Part shown: positions 49,760 to 63,999 of the stretch, in pieces
Numbering within the stretch: position 1 is the stretch's first letter
How the letters are laid out: every line of letters begins with the position of its first letter
Assembly (NCBI GenBank): GCA_002269645.1
Contig: NIVC01000434.1
Location: 372,001 to 436,000, forward strand
From: Macrostomum lignano
Lineage: Eukaryota
Reading direction: 5' to 3'
DNA: 64,000 bases
Notes under the pieces: generated by a model
The model's database searches: none
What the model saw: the letters and a program-made list of their open reading frames with translations, nothing else
What the model was told of the DNA's origin: nothing
Position numbers and translations under genes: made by a program

Positions 49760-52429
49760 TTAAGGTTGCACTACAATCCAGCCCGACTGCCACGCGTAAA
49801 GTCCAAAAACTGCGCTAGTGATTGCCAAAAATAGACCAGCATTCCGCAACACAGCGCCATCAGAACCAGATTTTAAAGAAGCGTCATCACCGCCAGCAGC
49901 ACTAGCGGAGCCGACTGCGGAAGACAGCTCGGGAAAGTAGGCCCGCTGAACGCGCTGACAAAATTCTATAAGGTTGCGGTGTTGGCGCAGCTTGCGTAAC
50001 AGAGCCGGAACTTCACCAGAGCTGAGATTGGACTGAGTTATTGGGGCTTTCAGCAGAGGCCATAGATAGCCAAATACCATGGCATCAAGGCAGCAGGGCC
50101 CAGACTCGGACACAAAAAAGCGTGCTTGGTCCAACACCTGGGACAGCTGGTCAATGCAATCAACTCCATTTGCTGTCACCTACAAATTTAAAAAAGTATT
50201 TTTTTATTGAACGATTGAAAGGAACCAATTCTAGGACGCTGTGAATATATTTTGCAGTCTATTGGTGCAAATAGCCTTTTTGCCCAGCATGACCAGCGAC
50301 GCTAATCAACAGAATAAAACTGAACACAATGTTTTAAAACAGTCTAGACAGCCTGTTTACTGACTTAATAAGTAAGAAAAACTATGCATAGCCACTAGTC
50401 ACATGTAGATATACACCTGTCTGTTCAAATCTAGCTTATATGCAATGCGCATTATAGTTAGCCTAGGCGTGTTGAAACGGGGAGAAACGCACGGCATCCC
50501 GCCTGCTGCAATATCTATGGCCAACTTCAATATGTAAAAAAACTAGTATGCATTTAAGTATCTAGTTAATGTTTCTACAACTTGTATATTTTAAAAGTAA
50601 AGCTTAGTGCTGCTTAATAATTCTTAGTATCAGTTACTATTTTTTTCCATTCGCAAAATAAGGAGTTTTGGCCATAGACAATTTTTGGATTTGATTATTT
50701 CTTTCTTTGTCTTGTGTGCTGGTGTGCTAATGTGGGGGCTCCGCCCCACACCCCCGCAAGGGGGCTCAGCGCCCCCTTGACCCCGCTTTCTTCTGACTTT
50801 GCCATAGACATTTTCAGCGGGCCGCGAAACCGACTGAATGCATTGGAGTAAATGGGATTTTACCATAGACAGTCTCAGCGGCCCGTGAAACGCGGTTTCA
50901 CGCCCGCTAACTATAACACTAATATGGATGGGGCGCATCGGGCAGAAACGAGCTAACACTCCTCGGCGCTACGCTACGCGCCTCGGCGTTTTAGCTCATT
51001 TTTGCCCTTTGCAGCCCATCAATATTGGTATATTATAATGTACAGCCAAGTCATGGTAACTGAAAAAAGCCCAATTCTTGGCTAAAAAGGATTTGAACGA
51101 TAGTCTCTGGCCGGCCCTGCCGATTTTAGCGTATGGTCCTCTCTGCGTCATTCTTTACTGTAGCCATGCCATTCAGCTGTGGCACAAGCTGCTCGCGGTA
51201 AAAAAACAAATTGATTTCTGTTGTCTATGGCTTTTTATGATTAGCCTATGACGGATCTTTGCCCCGCTGCCACGCCACACTGGCACTGACGGCCACGTAC
51301 CGAATTAAATGAATAAAAAACCAAATAGGACATGAAAAGGTATAATAGAACCATAAAAGTTGAAATAACGTGTAATCATTAATGCGCAATCTGTGACTGA
51401 ACAGTTTTGTTTATAAACCTGCAGTTCAACAGTTGTGCAGTAAGCATCTATAATGTTTTTCTAAAAAATTATAACTCAAAACTTACGAGGGCTGCAGGTA
51501 CCCTGGCGCAACACCTTCGGCGACGTTGTCTTGCAACCAGTGGTGAGGTAATTCTACCCATTCTGGTGACTCCTGAGCCCATACAAGCACGCCAATGCTA
51601 AATGCAGACACGCACACGCTCACACATGGTGTACAGCGGGCCCTGATTTTCTAATCGTCAAGCATGTACACTCTCTGTGCCTTGTGCCTTCATGACCCTC
51701 ATGAGTGCGAGCCGCACAAAAAGCCTCCGGCCAATCTATTGAACTCAAGCCATAAAAATTAATGCGACCAGGCACTGAATCAAAGCCGCGATAGTGGCGC
51801 GAGAGTCAGAGTTCACCACTGAGCCGATCCCCCCAAACCAAGCTTAAGAACTCTCCTACATATGTAGGTAAACAAGGCGATACAATTGTAAAATTTCAAA
51901 CCTGTTGAAGCAGAGCGTCTTCACTGACGCGCGCAAAATCGTAGCCAAAGCTGGCTAGCAACCGGTTTCGAGTGGCATGATGCCGGTACACCGGATACAC
52001 TAGGGAGGCTGGCAAGCCAACAGCCTCAGCAAAGGCCGGCCTAGTGACTCGAGTGTAGACGCGAGCCTCAAGCCACAATAATTGAGCAACAGCGGGCGCC
52101 AATCGGGCGCGAGTTGATCGCATCAGTGCAGTCATGCGAACCAGCTGGTCCTCGCTAAAGTCGTACTCAACACCATAGTTCTCTTTCCGTAGATAGGCAA
52201 ACAAGTGCTCAAGATTGAAGCCGCCGTTGATAGAATTGCCAGCATGACGAAGCCGGGGCAGCTCAGACAGGCGGCGCGGCGAAGTTGTGACAGAGGTGAC
52301 CAAAGCTGGCCGGTTGTGTAGCCGGATTTGCACCGGGGCGCCGGAGAAGCGGACATAGGCGAGAGAGGCTAAGCAGTCGGGATCTATGGATGCCGAGTCC
52401 CATCGGCCAGGCCACACGGTGAGTTCCAT
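49760..52429 (-). CDS. MTX1: Metaxin-1/3-like mitochondrial outer-membrane import factor, 315 aa
   Basis: Exons 52429-51902 and 50179-49760 (phase 0). SIDPDCLASLAY, LLWLE...Y..VTR, LDAMVFGYL and a C-terminal TM helix GLFLAITSAVFGLYAW. The paralogue (1 versus 3) is not resolved. Confidence 0.85.
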
Positions 52430-53903
52430 GCAAGACGATTGGTGACGGCAGAAATGTGACGACTTAATTTTTTATGTCTGATTGCGACTTAAACATTTGC
52501 GATAGCCACTAGCAGAACACACGGCTATTCGATATTTTTGCGAAGATTTTTAATAACAGTTTTCATTTTTTATTGCACCTGCCCTTATGGGCATGTGCGA
52601 CCGGCTGTTCAGTCAAACACCCTTAATTACCTCAGCTAATGCTGGCACCCATTTTTGCAGCTGGGGGGAACTGAAGCAATTCAGGGTTAAGTGCCTTGCT
52701 CAATGACACACATTGTTCCAAGTGGGATCGGGAAGTCGAACCCCCCGACGTTTTAGTCGAGGGTCCGACGTTCTTACCACTGGGCTACAACCCCCTACAG
52801 TTTCGTGAATATAGTGTCTCAGATTTATGCACTTATAATTATTTCAGAAAGGCAGATTTCCTATCATAATTAAGTGGCAAAACTACGAGCTCGTGATTAA
52901 ATGCCGTATTTAAAATCTCTGACAATCACATACGAGACATATAAGCACCTATAATCAGCTTCAAGTTAGGAAAAAGAATTAATAACTCAGAAGCAAAGTT
53001 ACTAGCCAGTATAAAACAGCCATCAACTTGTTTTGGCATATGCGCAAAATATATTTTTGATCAGAGAAATTAAGCGAAATAAGAAATTCTCTGTAAAAGA
53101 AAAAGAGGCAAGGTAGATTAAGTACATCATTTAAGCTTAGTCCAAATTTAGAAATCTACTAAGTATATTGTGATTACTCATACTTTAAACTCAATAAATC
53201 GTTCTCAATAAAGTTCTAAAACAAACTTTAAGCACAGCTGAAATTTCGATTACCTTTGTGGTACTAGATTTTATATTGACAGCAAATACAGAAACAAAGT
53301 AGCAAATTTAATAACTTACAAGACCTTTTGTTGGTTTGCATGTTGCCGGAATATTAGCAAAGGGCGCATTAGTTGCTAATCCTGAGCAACAGATCTGAAA
53401 TTCAGTTAGAGCCGCTGAGTACCTAAAAGATGCTTAGGGTTTTATTTAATAAAAACATAAATAGTATGGATAAAACTATGGATAATCTGGTAAGGACAAA
53501 GTGGCTCACAGAGCTAGTAAATATTCTTGTGACATTCGACGGGAATTGAGAAGCTCGTAGAGAAACGAGCGCTGAGTGGGGTAGCTTATAAGAGTTGCAA
53601 ATAAATCTATAATTACAAACCACATAACGATGGCATCAGATGTTATTTAATTTGTCAGTTGCTAACCGTGAATCCGAGGTGCAGTATAGATAATAGAAAG
53701 CACATCACATCACATTTATTTTTACAATAATTTTTATCTTACACCTGCAAGTTGTACAAGTTGAGCATCTGGGGACCCTGCCAATGTAAACAGTCATCAA
53801 TAACTGATAAATCAAAAGCACATACCAAAATGATAATCAATCACTAAATTATCAATGGTGTAGTATAGATTAGGCCTGCATCATGTTTCTTCGCTTATTA
53901 ATA

Positions 53904-54286
53904 CGCGATGAAAACGTTACCAAGGCCAAGAAGCGTCCCAGCCTCTTGCGTCGCTGCATGAAACACAGGTAAAATAGGAAATAAGTGACCAAATACGGCT
54001 TTAAAACGATGAGATGCCACGGTAAAAGTAAATTTGGCATTTATAACAACTCTATATTTAGTCTACTTGAGTAAGTAGATTTGGAAAACTTTCTTCGCGA
54101 CACTTCTGCAATTCTGCAACCCATGACTCAATGCGCTCGTGACTCAACAGTCGCCTCTCCATAGCATTGCAGTCGTTTGAGTCGTTAAAGAGTCGCCCCA
54201 GAGTTGCTATAGTCATTATAGAGTTGTTTGCAAAGACTCTAGCGACTCATAGTAAGGTAACGAGTCTTGGTAACGTTTTCAATGGG
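53904..54286. mobile_element. MITE; longer related copy at ~58048-58643
   Basis: TIRs cgcgatgaaaacgttaccaag and cttggtaacgttttcaatggg, flanked by ATA on both sides. The body (acacaggtaaaataggaaa; gactcaacagtcgcctctcca) is shared with the second copy. Confidence 0.7.
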
Positions 54287-55534
54287 ATAGATAAAAAAAT
54301 TAGGCGAGCAAATTGAGAGACAAACTGAACTTACGTGTCATCACTGAGCTGTCAACACAAAATCCGCAGGCTTGTTGAAATTGTTGGAAAAGCTTTCAAA
54401 TTTAGGTTTCAGATTGTTGGAATTGATTAAAAGTCTCTATAAATGATTAGATATATTATATCGTTCAAGCTGGCTTAAAATAGAGCACTTCTGTAGAAAA
54501 AGCCACCTAACGTTACTAAATTGTCGGATATTTTATTGTGAAAAAGCTGTAAGCAAGCATTAAACGGACAAAGTGAAAATAGCAAAACAGTACGAAAAAT
54601 GTCAACACTAACTTGTCCAAGTAAAGTACAATATCAGTTTTCCTTACTATTAAATGGTAGTCGCTGTCTCGCGTATATGATGATACACTTGCATTTTTTC
54701 TACTTTCATTTTTACTACATTGCTACTAAGTATTAAGTGCAATAATTGTAATTTTGGAGGCCAATTTCCTGAAAAAATACACTGTAAAGATAGGAAAAAA
54801 ATCATTTATTCATCACAAAATGTATGACTGTATTCGATCTGAGATAGTGAAGATTACCATTTTCTTATAACTTAGCATGTATAGAATGTTACTCTGTTGT
54901 ATTTTATGTAGTTCTGCAGTAAAAGTTTCATCTCAATATTGTTTTCTCCTAAGCCGGAAGACAACTTTTTACAAACCTCTCACAAGTGGTATTAGCTGAA
55001 CTTTTTCTTTTGTTTCTTCTTGAACCAAGCATATTTGTAATAAAAGTCTAGGCTAGGCCTGGCTTTTAAAAAATTATAGCTTTCTAGACTAGGTCAACAA
55101 AAATATGAAAAATGATTTTGGGAAACATTGTTTACAATTTAATAATTAGACAGGCCTAGCAGTTAGAATAGCTATAATATTAACATGCGTTGAAAAAGAA
55201 CTATACCTGTAGTAATTAATGGCTTAAGAGTTACATATCAGAGCAAAAAAAACAATATTTAAATGAAACTCTCACTAAAACACTATATAAAATACAATAT
55301 AGTAACATGTCGAGCATGCTAAATTAAAAGAATGGCTGGCAATCTTCACTGCCCAGATCAAATGCAATTACAGATTTGTTATGAATTTTTTGCTATCTTT
55401 AGGCCTATAAAAATTACACGATCTTAGAGTTTTAGGTCCTGTTGTACTACAGTGGTCCTTGCTACAAGACTCAACAAGTTTTGCATAGGCCTAGCTACTC
55501 AATGCTTCTTAGATCTGCGAGTGCTATATCTAGT

Positions 55535-56602
55535 TTAATCAGCGGAAAATACCCTGGATGCAATATCATCAATAAGCCAGTCAATTCCTTCCAGAAGGTT
55601 CAGACCAGTGACCGCAGAGCATCCAAAAATCCGGCTATGATGCGTCTTTACATTATCGAGCTCTAGGGCGGCGGAGATTTGGCCGGCATCCAGGGCGCCC
55701 GGCAGGTCCTGCTTATTGGCAAACACCAGCAGGCTGGCGCCCGCAAGGCGCTCTTCGACAAGCAGCTGTCCGAACTCCTACAGCGAATGGCAGTAAATTA
55801 TCAAATCTAAAAAAAATATGTCACTGTTTTCTCAAGTAAACGGAAACTTGATATCGTCTAGAAAGATCTTGCAGGCCAATTCCGCTAGCTCACAATTTTC
55901 GCGTCATACCGAGTTGTCATGTCACATCAATTTTATGCTGGCATCCGGAATTTGGACCCCGGATGCCAAATTATCATCCTGTTTTTTCAAGCTTGAAGCC
56001 ATTTAATATACGACTAAGCTATCTAGGAATTCTCTCTACATCCAGGGATGCTGGCTATTTAGGGATGCTTGCTATCTGGGATGCTTGCTATCTGGGGTTT
56101 CTTATATTTATGTAATTCATATTTATTTGTTTTAAATAACTATTCGGATTCTAGGGATTTCAAAACTTCTATTTTTATATTGTAGGTTGGATCCAACCCA
56201 GACTGGGTTTAAAATCTATTAATTACGCAAGCGCAGAAAATGATAAAGCAATACAGGGACACAAAGTGCCATGCAGAAAACTCATTTTACCTGCTTGCAA
56301 TCAGACAACCGCCGCTGATCAGCACTGTCAACTACCCACACCAGACCATCGGTGGCTTCGAAATAGTTCCGCCAATAGGACCGAAGCGACTTCTGGCCGC
56401 CAACGTCCCATACGTTTAATCTGAAGCCGCGATGCTCAAGAGTTTTGATAGAGAATCCCAGCGTAGGCGACACTTCGTCAATATCATCGCCATTGAACTT
56501 CTTGACAAGCGTAGTTTTTCCAGCATTGTCTAATCCAAGAATTAAAATGCGAACTTCCTTCTCTTTCTCCTTCAGCTTTTTAAGAATGGAGTAGAACCCC
56601 AT
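55535..56602 (-). CDS. ARL2: ADP-ribosylation factor-like protein 2, 184 aa
   Basis: Exons 56602-56291 and 55777-55535. [60 protein letters not shown]. Confidence 0.96.
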
Positions 56603-59272
56603 GCTGACTTCTGATAGTTGGTTGTAGTTTTTAAAATCTGAAATATAAAGACAGACAGATTTATTCTCTAACCAAAAAGTATTAATGAGCTTTCAATTAT
56701 TTTTCATATAATTACTAGTGCCCATAACTAAAGGTATATAAAATAGATTTTTTAAACACCTTAAATTCCTTTGAAACTTCACAAAACAAAGCGGCCCGAG
56801 CAAGATGTGTCTTTTCTCAGCTCCCATTTCTCTAATCTCGTCTCTCTCCTCTCTTCTTCTCACCTCTCCTTATCTGCTCTGTTTTATTTCATCTCTCCTT
56901 TCCTCTCTTTTCGCCTCGCCTAGCCTTAGGCTTCTCGTCTCTGTTTTCTTCTACATCTCTCTCTCATCTCTCTCTCCTCTTCTGGTCATGCGCTAAATTC
57001 TCTATCTGGCCTTGAGGTATAAAAGTTTGTCGACCCCTGTCTTAGATGGATGTGTAAGAATATTTCACCTATAAGCTACCTGACAAAATATGCTGAAATA
57101 CATACGAGACCAGGTTTATACTAGAAAAATAATGAGTAAACACAGAAAGAATAATATATAGTTTATTACTTGTGTGCTTTATTTTTTCTAATTAGGTCAA
57201 TTCTTAAATTAAAAATTTCCAGCATCTAATGCGACAAAGTATACAAGAACAAGAAAACAAATTGAAGAATTTACCAAAACCACAAAAATCTGCATATACA
57301 AAATAGAGGAAATCATGCACGCGAAACGCAAAAATTGAAAGTTTAAAAGCCGACCTGCATTACACAAAAGCATAAATTCATACTACAAGCGTATTACTAT
57401 TGCTGAGACAATATTTTTTCAAACTTGGAAGGCGCTGTGGTTCACAGCGCCTAAAAAGTTACACCGCTAAATAACTGAGCGGTGTAACTTAGCGGTGTAA
57501 ATAACTAAATAACTTAACTTAAATACACGTAAACAAATTAATGAAAGAGCCAACAGAGAAAGAATGCCAGATCAGTGACGGAAACACAATGTATATTTAC
57601 AAATATTTTCTACTATATTGACTATCATTCAAATACTCAAAAGTATTGTGGTTAGGAAACACAAAATCAAGAGCATGGAGCACATGGTGAGAACATTTAG
57701 TCCAGTTGGAAATTATTATAAAATATGGCAGATCATGATGATAGAAAGCAAAGTAATAGGCTGAAATAATGACTTTGGACTGTTTCAAACTATATGTTCA
57801 AACATGTTAATTTTTAAATAAATATTCTATAAAAAAGTTTAGCAGAAACTTAGCCAACGGCCCTGTTAGTAAAACGAACTACCAGTACAGTAGAATACCT
57901 TCCTTCCTTCATGTGCCAATCATTTTTTTAATTTCAACTAAGTATATGAATATACCGGTACATTATACGAAACAGGAAATTCTACTAGGAAAAATAAATC
58001 AAAGCAGATTAGAAACACAGCCTTTCTCAGAAACTCAAGAGCATTCACCCGATGAAAATGGCACCTAGACCGAGAAGCGTCTTAGAGTCACTTGTGTCGC
58101 CCCAGAGTTGTTTCAGAGTCACTGCAGGTAACACAGGTAAAATAGGAAAGAAGTGACTTTAGACGATTCTAAAACGACAAGACGTCGTGGCAAAGTCGTC
58201 AAAAAGTCGCCAAAGAGTCTATTTGAGCCGTTTTATTGTCCGCGACTGGGGCGCCTCCATAATGAATCTGGGGACGTACAGTCGTATCTGAGGCGTGCTA
58301 AAGCCGCTGTAGAATTACTGAGTTGCGTCTAAAGCACATCTGCGTAAGTTTATGAATTAGAATCGCATTTGGCATTTTTAACAACTCAATTTAGTCTACT
58401 TGAGTTAGTAGATAGTTGAGCGCTAGCACAACTTTTGGACGACTTTCTTTGCGACATGACACAATTCATGACTCAACAGTCGCCTCTCCAAAGCATTGCA
58501 GTCGTTTGAGTTGTTAAAGAGTCGCAAGACTCGTCCCAGAGTTGCTATAGTCATTATACGAGATTTGTTACATCCTATTTGATTACATTACATTACATTA
58601 CATGACTCTTAAGCAAATATCGTCACGGTAACGTTTTCAATGGCTCAGAGCAAGAAATCTATAATTGTCGCTTTGCTACCCATAAAGCGACACTCAGTTG
58701 CCACACTCAAGTTTCATAAAAGATTTCTCTGTTGTCTCACTTTTCTCATTTACATAACAGTTTTAGAACGTCTTCACTCACAATTTGGCATACAACTTGG
58801 GTCTGATGACATCGATTTGAGTTATCTCTGATTCACATCACGTTGCAGTTGAATAGATTCTCTACAATTCCCTTGAAGCTGAAGGCAAGGCAAAACATTG
58901 AAAGCAGTAGCATTTGTAGTAGTAGCCTTAAAATTTTCTTTTCTTTCGACTTTGAGTCTTATGGTGAAAAGAAAATTTAATACGTTTAATTTTCCGCTTT
59001 TGAGCCACCGCTTTTAATTTTTTTGGTATAGCAATTTATTATCCTGAAATTCCTTAAAGTAACGGCTAAGAGAGTTGCGGAGAGTATATTCAGCTTTAAA
59101 ATAAAGCAGAGATGATCAAGCTTTGGTTGCAGCAGACCACAGTTACGCTAAATTGTGTAAGAAGGTGCTCTGAAACTCAGTGTGAGTGAAAAAATGAATT
59201 GAAATGGGACAGCTTAGTGTTGCTACCATGGAGTAAAAAAACTAGAGGATTCCTTAGTTTAGAGCACGGTCA

Positions 59273-61222
59273 TCAGGCGGGAGGACTGGGCCTCTGTTCC
59301 TGCAGTCTTTGCCAGGCAACGGAAGGGTCAGCCTCGGGCGTCGGTGGTGGCGGAGGCAGCGAGAAGACAGGCTGAGCCAATGAATTCAGTATGAGGTCTG
59401 GCTGCACGCCGAGCTCCATTAGACGCAGTCTCAAGCTCTGACACTGAATTGTCAGGCTGCATCGGCGCAGCCAGGCCACGGCACGCGGCACAACCAGTCG
59501 AAGGCACAAAGATTCCAGACGACCAGGCGCTCCTGGAAACCAACAGCTGTAGAGGGCATCGGATCTACTGGGACTTTCATCCCGGCGAGTAGTGACCACG
59601 CCGCCGAATATGAAGGCCTGGCCGGCCGGGGTGACTGCGGATGCGTGAAAGTAGGTCGGCTGAGGCAGACGGTAAGCTGATCGGTGCCAAACGGCTGTTG
59701 GCAGGTGCAGGAACCAGACATCGCCCAGTGGTATGTTGTTTTGAGTGCATCCGCCTGAGAGCATAAGCCAATCGCCATGCAGTAGACACGAGTGGCAACG
59801 CCGTGCCTGCGGCACACCATTGTTAAATGCACCATGCGTCAGCATCCGGGACCAAGTGCGGGACTCCGGGCAGAACATGGATAAACGGTCTAGTCCGCAC
59901 ACGGATACTGATGTACCGCCACCAACTACTAAGAGACAACCCCGCCAGTACACGGTTTCATGCCTGTAGCGCGGACTTGGCGGATAGCCATTAGTGGCAT
60001 TAGCCTCAAGCTCGTCTGCGTCATCTAAAGCAGCAGCTGGCAGCGGGGAGTGAGGGTCAAAGTGACACCACTGCCAGGTGTTCATGTCGAGAGCGTGGAC
60101 AGAATTAGTGTAGACGTGACCAGTAGTGCCGCCGAACTGGTATATTACCCGATTGCCATCTGGTCGTTTAACCAGCGTGAATGAGTGCCCATAGACCTGC
60201 ATGTGTTTGTAAGGATTTTTGTATGCAGTATACTGGTATTTTACAGGTGACGTTTGAAAAACACAATAAAATACGAGTAGTACGTAAGTGTACAAAACAA
60301 ACAAGTATTAGAAACTATATTCTGCATCTACAATAAAAAATATTCGCAGGAGGGTTGTAAGCACCCATCAACTGCTGTACGTAGGCACGCACTTATAATT
60401 CACACTCTCAAACAGGGTGTACAGCGGCCCTGACATTCTAATCGTCACGCATGTACACTCTCTGCGCTCTGGGGGTTGGGTGTGAATCAAACGAAAATTC
60501 GGCGGTCAATTTGTCTTACATAAAGCCCTAAATGAATGTGGCCGCGCACGGGAATCGAACCAGGGAAGTCTGACGCATTTACTGCGGAGCTGCAGTGCGC
60601 CCTCATCCTAAACTTAAATATTGGTCTAAAATTTGATGTTTGGAACAATCTCTACTACCGTCAAAGGTATTAAATATTGGTTTTTAACCTTTCTTTAAAA
60701 CTTTCAAGTCTTTCTGCAGCTGCAGTAATTAAGTAAGCTGCTTACCTTTCTAGGCCGCCCGTCGGGCCCGCCAATATGGGTCAGGGGTACCTCAGACCAG
60801 TGCAAGGTGCGCAAACAGAGTCGATGCAATCGGCGACTCCTTCGAATTCCAAACGGTGTGGCGGTGCCTCCATGGACAAGCAGGTAGGGCGGATCTAATA
60901 GAGCCGCGTGGGACGCCAATTCGGCTGGCATGTCGCCAGTTGTAACCAGCCGGCGCCACTGACCGCTGGCGATGTTGTACTGCCACACCTCTTCAAATAA
61001 TAGGCCACCAGCATCGTTCTCCTCTGGGTGAAAGCCGCCAATTAACCAAAGGTTGTGAGCTCCTGCTAGCAGCCGGTGCCCTGAACGGGCATGCGGCCAA
61101 GCGCCTACCGGCTCACCGTCGGCTACGCCGTCGCCTTGGCAACGGCCAAGTACATCTTGCGACTGGACACGGTGCTTGACAAACATTTGCGGATGCCGGT
61201 GCAAATTTGATTGGCGCTGCAT
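59273..61222 (-). CDS. KLHDC10: Kelch domain-containing protein 10-like, 466 aa
   Basis: Exons 61222-60746 and 60196-59273 (phase 0). ARSGHR, MPAELAS, GGTATPFG, FGGTTGHVY, RYRHE, GGGTS, ARRCHSC and YFHASAVTPAG match recalled KLHDC10 motifs. Confidence 0.9.
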
Positions 61223-63810
61223 CCTAGCTCAGTAGGGAAGGTGATCTAGCTACCTGTGTGCGGATACTTTGCTGGTCTAGCATAAATGAACAAATCACAT
61301 TAGGATGACTAATATATGCTATTATACTAATGCAGTAAAGAAATCAATACCCTGTAGGTTGACAGGATAAGGATACTATAATTGCTGAATAGTTTAATAT
61401 GAATTGATTTTAGGCGATCTTTTGTATTCGTTAATATGCCAAAATTCTTACTACTTTTTAGGTTAGCGACAGAATAATTATTTTTAGTTGGAAAACAAGT
61501 CTGTTGCCTTGGCTTGTAAGTGACTTTCGATACAAGACTTGTGCGAGCTCAATATTTTACCAACCGTAAAGAGCCTGTTCCGAAGCGAATCTACCTGTAT
61601 CTTTAAACTGTCTAATACCATTGACCGTTAACTGAAATTATATTTTCTAATTATAAGTTAAAGCCATGACAGAAATCTCGGTGACCAGAGGGTGACTGGG
61701 AGCTCAAAAATAGCGCTTTTAACTTTCGGTCCTACAGAAACAACAGCGGGTGTACCAAAGATGCTACGGCTGTTCAGTCCAAGTACTGTGGGTCGCCACA
61801 CACGCCCTCAGCCACCCCAGCTAATGCTGGCACCCATTATACAGCTGGGTGAACTGAAGCCATGCAGAGTTAAGTGTTGTGCTCAAGGACACAAATTGTT
61901 CCGAGTGGGATCGGGAATCGAACCCCCGATCTTCAATTCGTGAGTCTCACGCTCTGACCACTAGGCTACAACCTACTCTAAAGTGTTACAAGAATATCAA
62001 CACTTTGTAACCGATGAGAGATCTCAAAAGTCCTAGCCCTGATCTCAATTATATCGAAAATCACAGAAGTAACTAATTATTGTAACGAGATAACGGGAGG
62101 GAAGAGCATAGAGTTAAAATAATACTAGTTTTCTATTCTAAAAAACTATGCAATCCTAAAGAATTGTTTTTCAAAAAAAAAATAAGTATCAGTACTGACG
62201 CGACAGCTTTGAGCCAATCGTATTATAATAAATTTATTGAACTTTAACGTGTGCGCTACGCAGATACAATGAAAAGCACATTTAAAACACAGAAAGGATA
62301 TTAATAGGAAATGTTGGTGCTGTGCTGTCAACAGAATATTAAGACTATTAACGCCTGAAAATCAAACAACCACACTATAATTTCTAAAAAACAAATCCGC
62401 ATATCTATAATAGAAGAACAGATCGCAGGAAAATCCCTAACATTCCAAATATTTTACGCAACTATTATTTACCTACTTGAAAAAAAACTTCAAATTTACC
62501 TATGCACTTAGCTAACACAAGCTATCCTGCAAATCTGGAAATCCGCTGGAATTCTCAAACTTAGCAAATACTTTTAGCATATGGATTTATAACTTGATTT
62601 CTTACCAAACTGCATCTATTAGCGTATAAATCGATCAACTTTAATAAGGTACCTAAAGGTATATGATAGCCAAGAAAGTGCTTAACATCAAAAAACGAGC
62701 AAAGTAATCAAGAATGATCCGAATCAATTTTTGAAGCATGAAATCTGCGCAAGAACGTACATTACTTAAGTAGATAATACAACGCATCGATGACATTGAG
62801 AACTGGAACCTGTAATATAAGAACGTGACTCGGCTTGTACATAGAAGACTCTGACAGGTTAGCATTTTGAAGTAGACAACGCACATGACACAAATAAACT
62901 AAGATCGAGACAACAATTCACCTATACTGCAATTTTATCTTGAATACATTGGTTAATCTAGGCGTGTGTGTTAACAATCATAAATATGAGTACATATTTG
63001 CTGCAAGGCGTTGCTGATTATTTTCTGATCTAATCTGAAGCTCTTAAACAACTCAATTTTAATGACAACAATAAAGCCACGAGCGCTAACCCACTAGAGT
63101 TACACGGGTGAGAAGGTTGGATTAATGAGAAACAGGCCAGAGAATTGCACAGATATTATATTATTTACAATTTACAAACGACACCAAACAATGCAGGATT
63201 TTCGTGGCAGAATTAAAAAATCATAACCTTAAACAGTAATAACAGCTAACTAAATACACACAAGGCGAATTGACGAAATAGGAACATGTACTGGTGCAGG
63301 GAATAACGAGGTTTATATTATAACCCGGAGCATTAAACAAAGATAAATACTAGCTTAAGCAAATTACTAAAATTTCAATAAAGAACAATAAGGACATCAA
63401 AATTTCATTGCTAAAGTCACGAGAACAAGCGTATAACTATAATAAGTTTATTGTGCAGGTTTCAACACTTGAATACACAATCAGCGACTGTTTTACATTT
63501 GTAGATGTCTGATACTATGAAGGTACAACACCAAAAAGACACTGAACGCAAATAATAAAAAGAATTTATATACCTATAATTGCTAATAACAAATAAAAAC
63601 AATAGTACATACGGAATTTCAACTAAATAACAAAATGGCATACTTTAAATTTCCGCAACACTAAACCTTGAAACGTTTAGAAGATTACTTATTAAAAAGC
63701 AGGGTTCAAAATGAATAATCTAAACGTACAATACTTGTAAATTTGCAACGAAATCTATTGAAGAAAAATTAGGCAAGTGCTTTCTCAAATCTTATTTGAT
63801 TCTACTTTTT

Positions 63811-63999
63811 CTAGAGCTGATCCAAGTTGCAGTAAGTGAGGCCAGGTGCCACAGAAGCTGCGGCACCAGACGCAGAGGCGGCGGCTGCAACAGCGAACTC
63901 GGTAGACTGGATCGCAGGAAGTGGTCTTTGTGTAACATTATCGGTGCCACCGCCATCACCTGCTCCATGCACTTTAGCATGCAATTTCAGGTAGCCGGC
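63811..63999 (-). CDS. 3' end of a probable C2H2 zinc-finger gene, cut by the window end
   Basis: Minus-strand frame from 63999 reads AGYLKLHAKVHGAGDGGG...LTYCNLDQL*. LxxHxxxH is the second half of a C2H2 finger; the cysteines lie outside the window. Confidence 0.55.
   Translation of the reverse strand, partial: AGYLKLHAKVHGAGDGGGTDNVTQRPLPAIQSTEFAVAAAASASGAAASVAPGLTYCNLDQL

Noticed and set aside
63792-63980. 62-aa ORF from the track
   Set aside because: The neighbouring frame ending at 63811 contains the LxxHxxxH signature and is the more likely coding frame.
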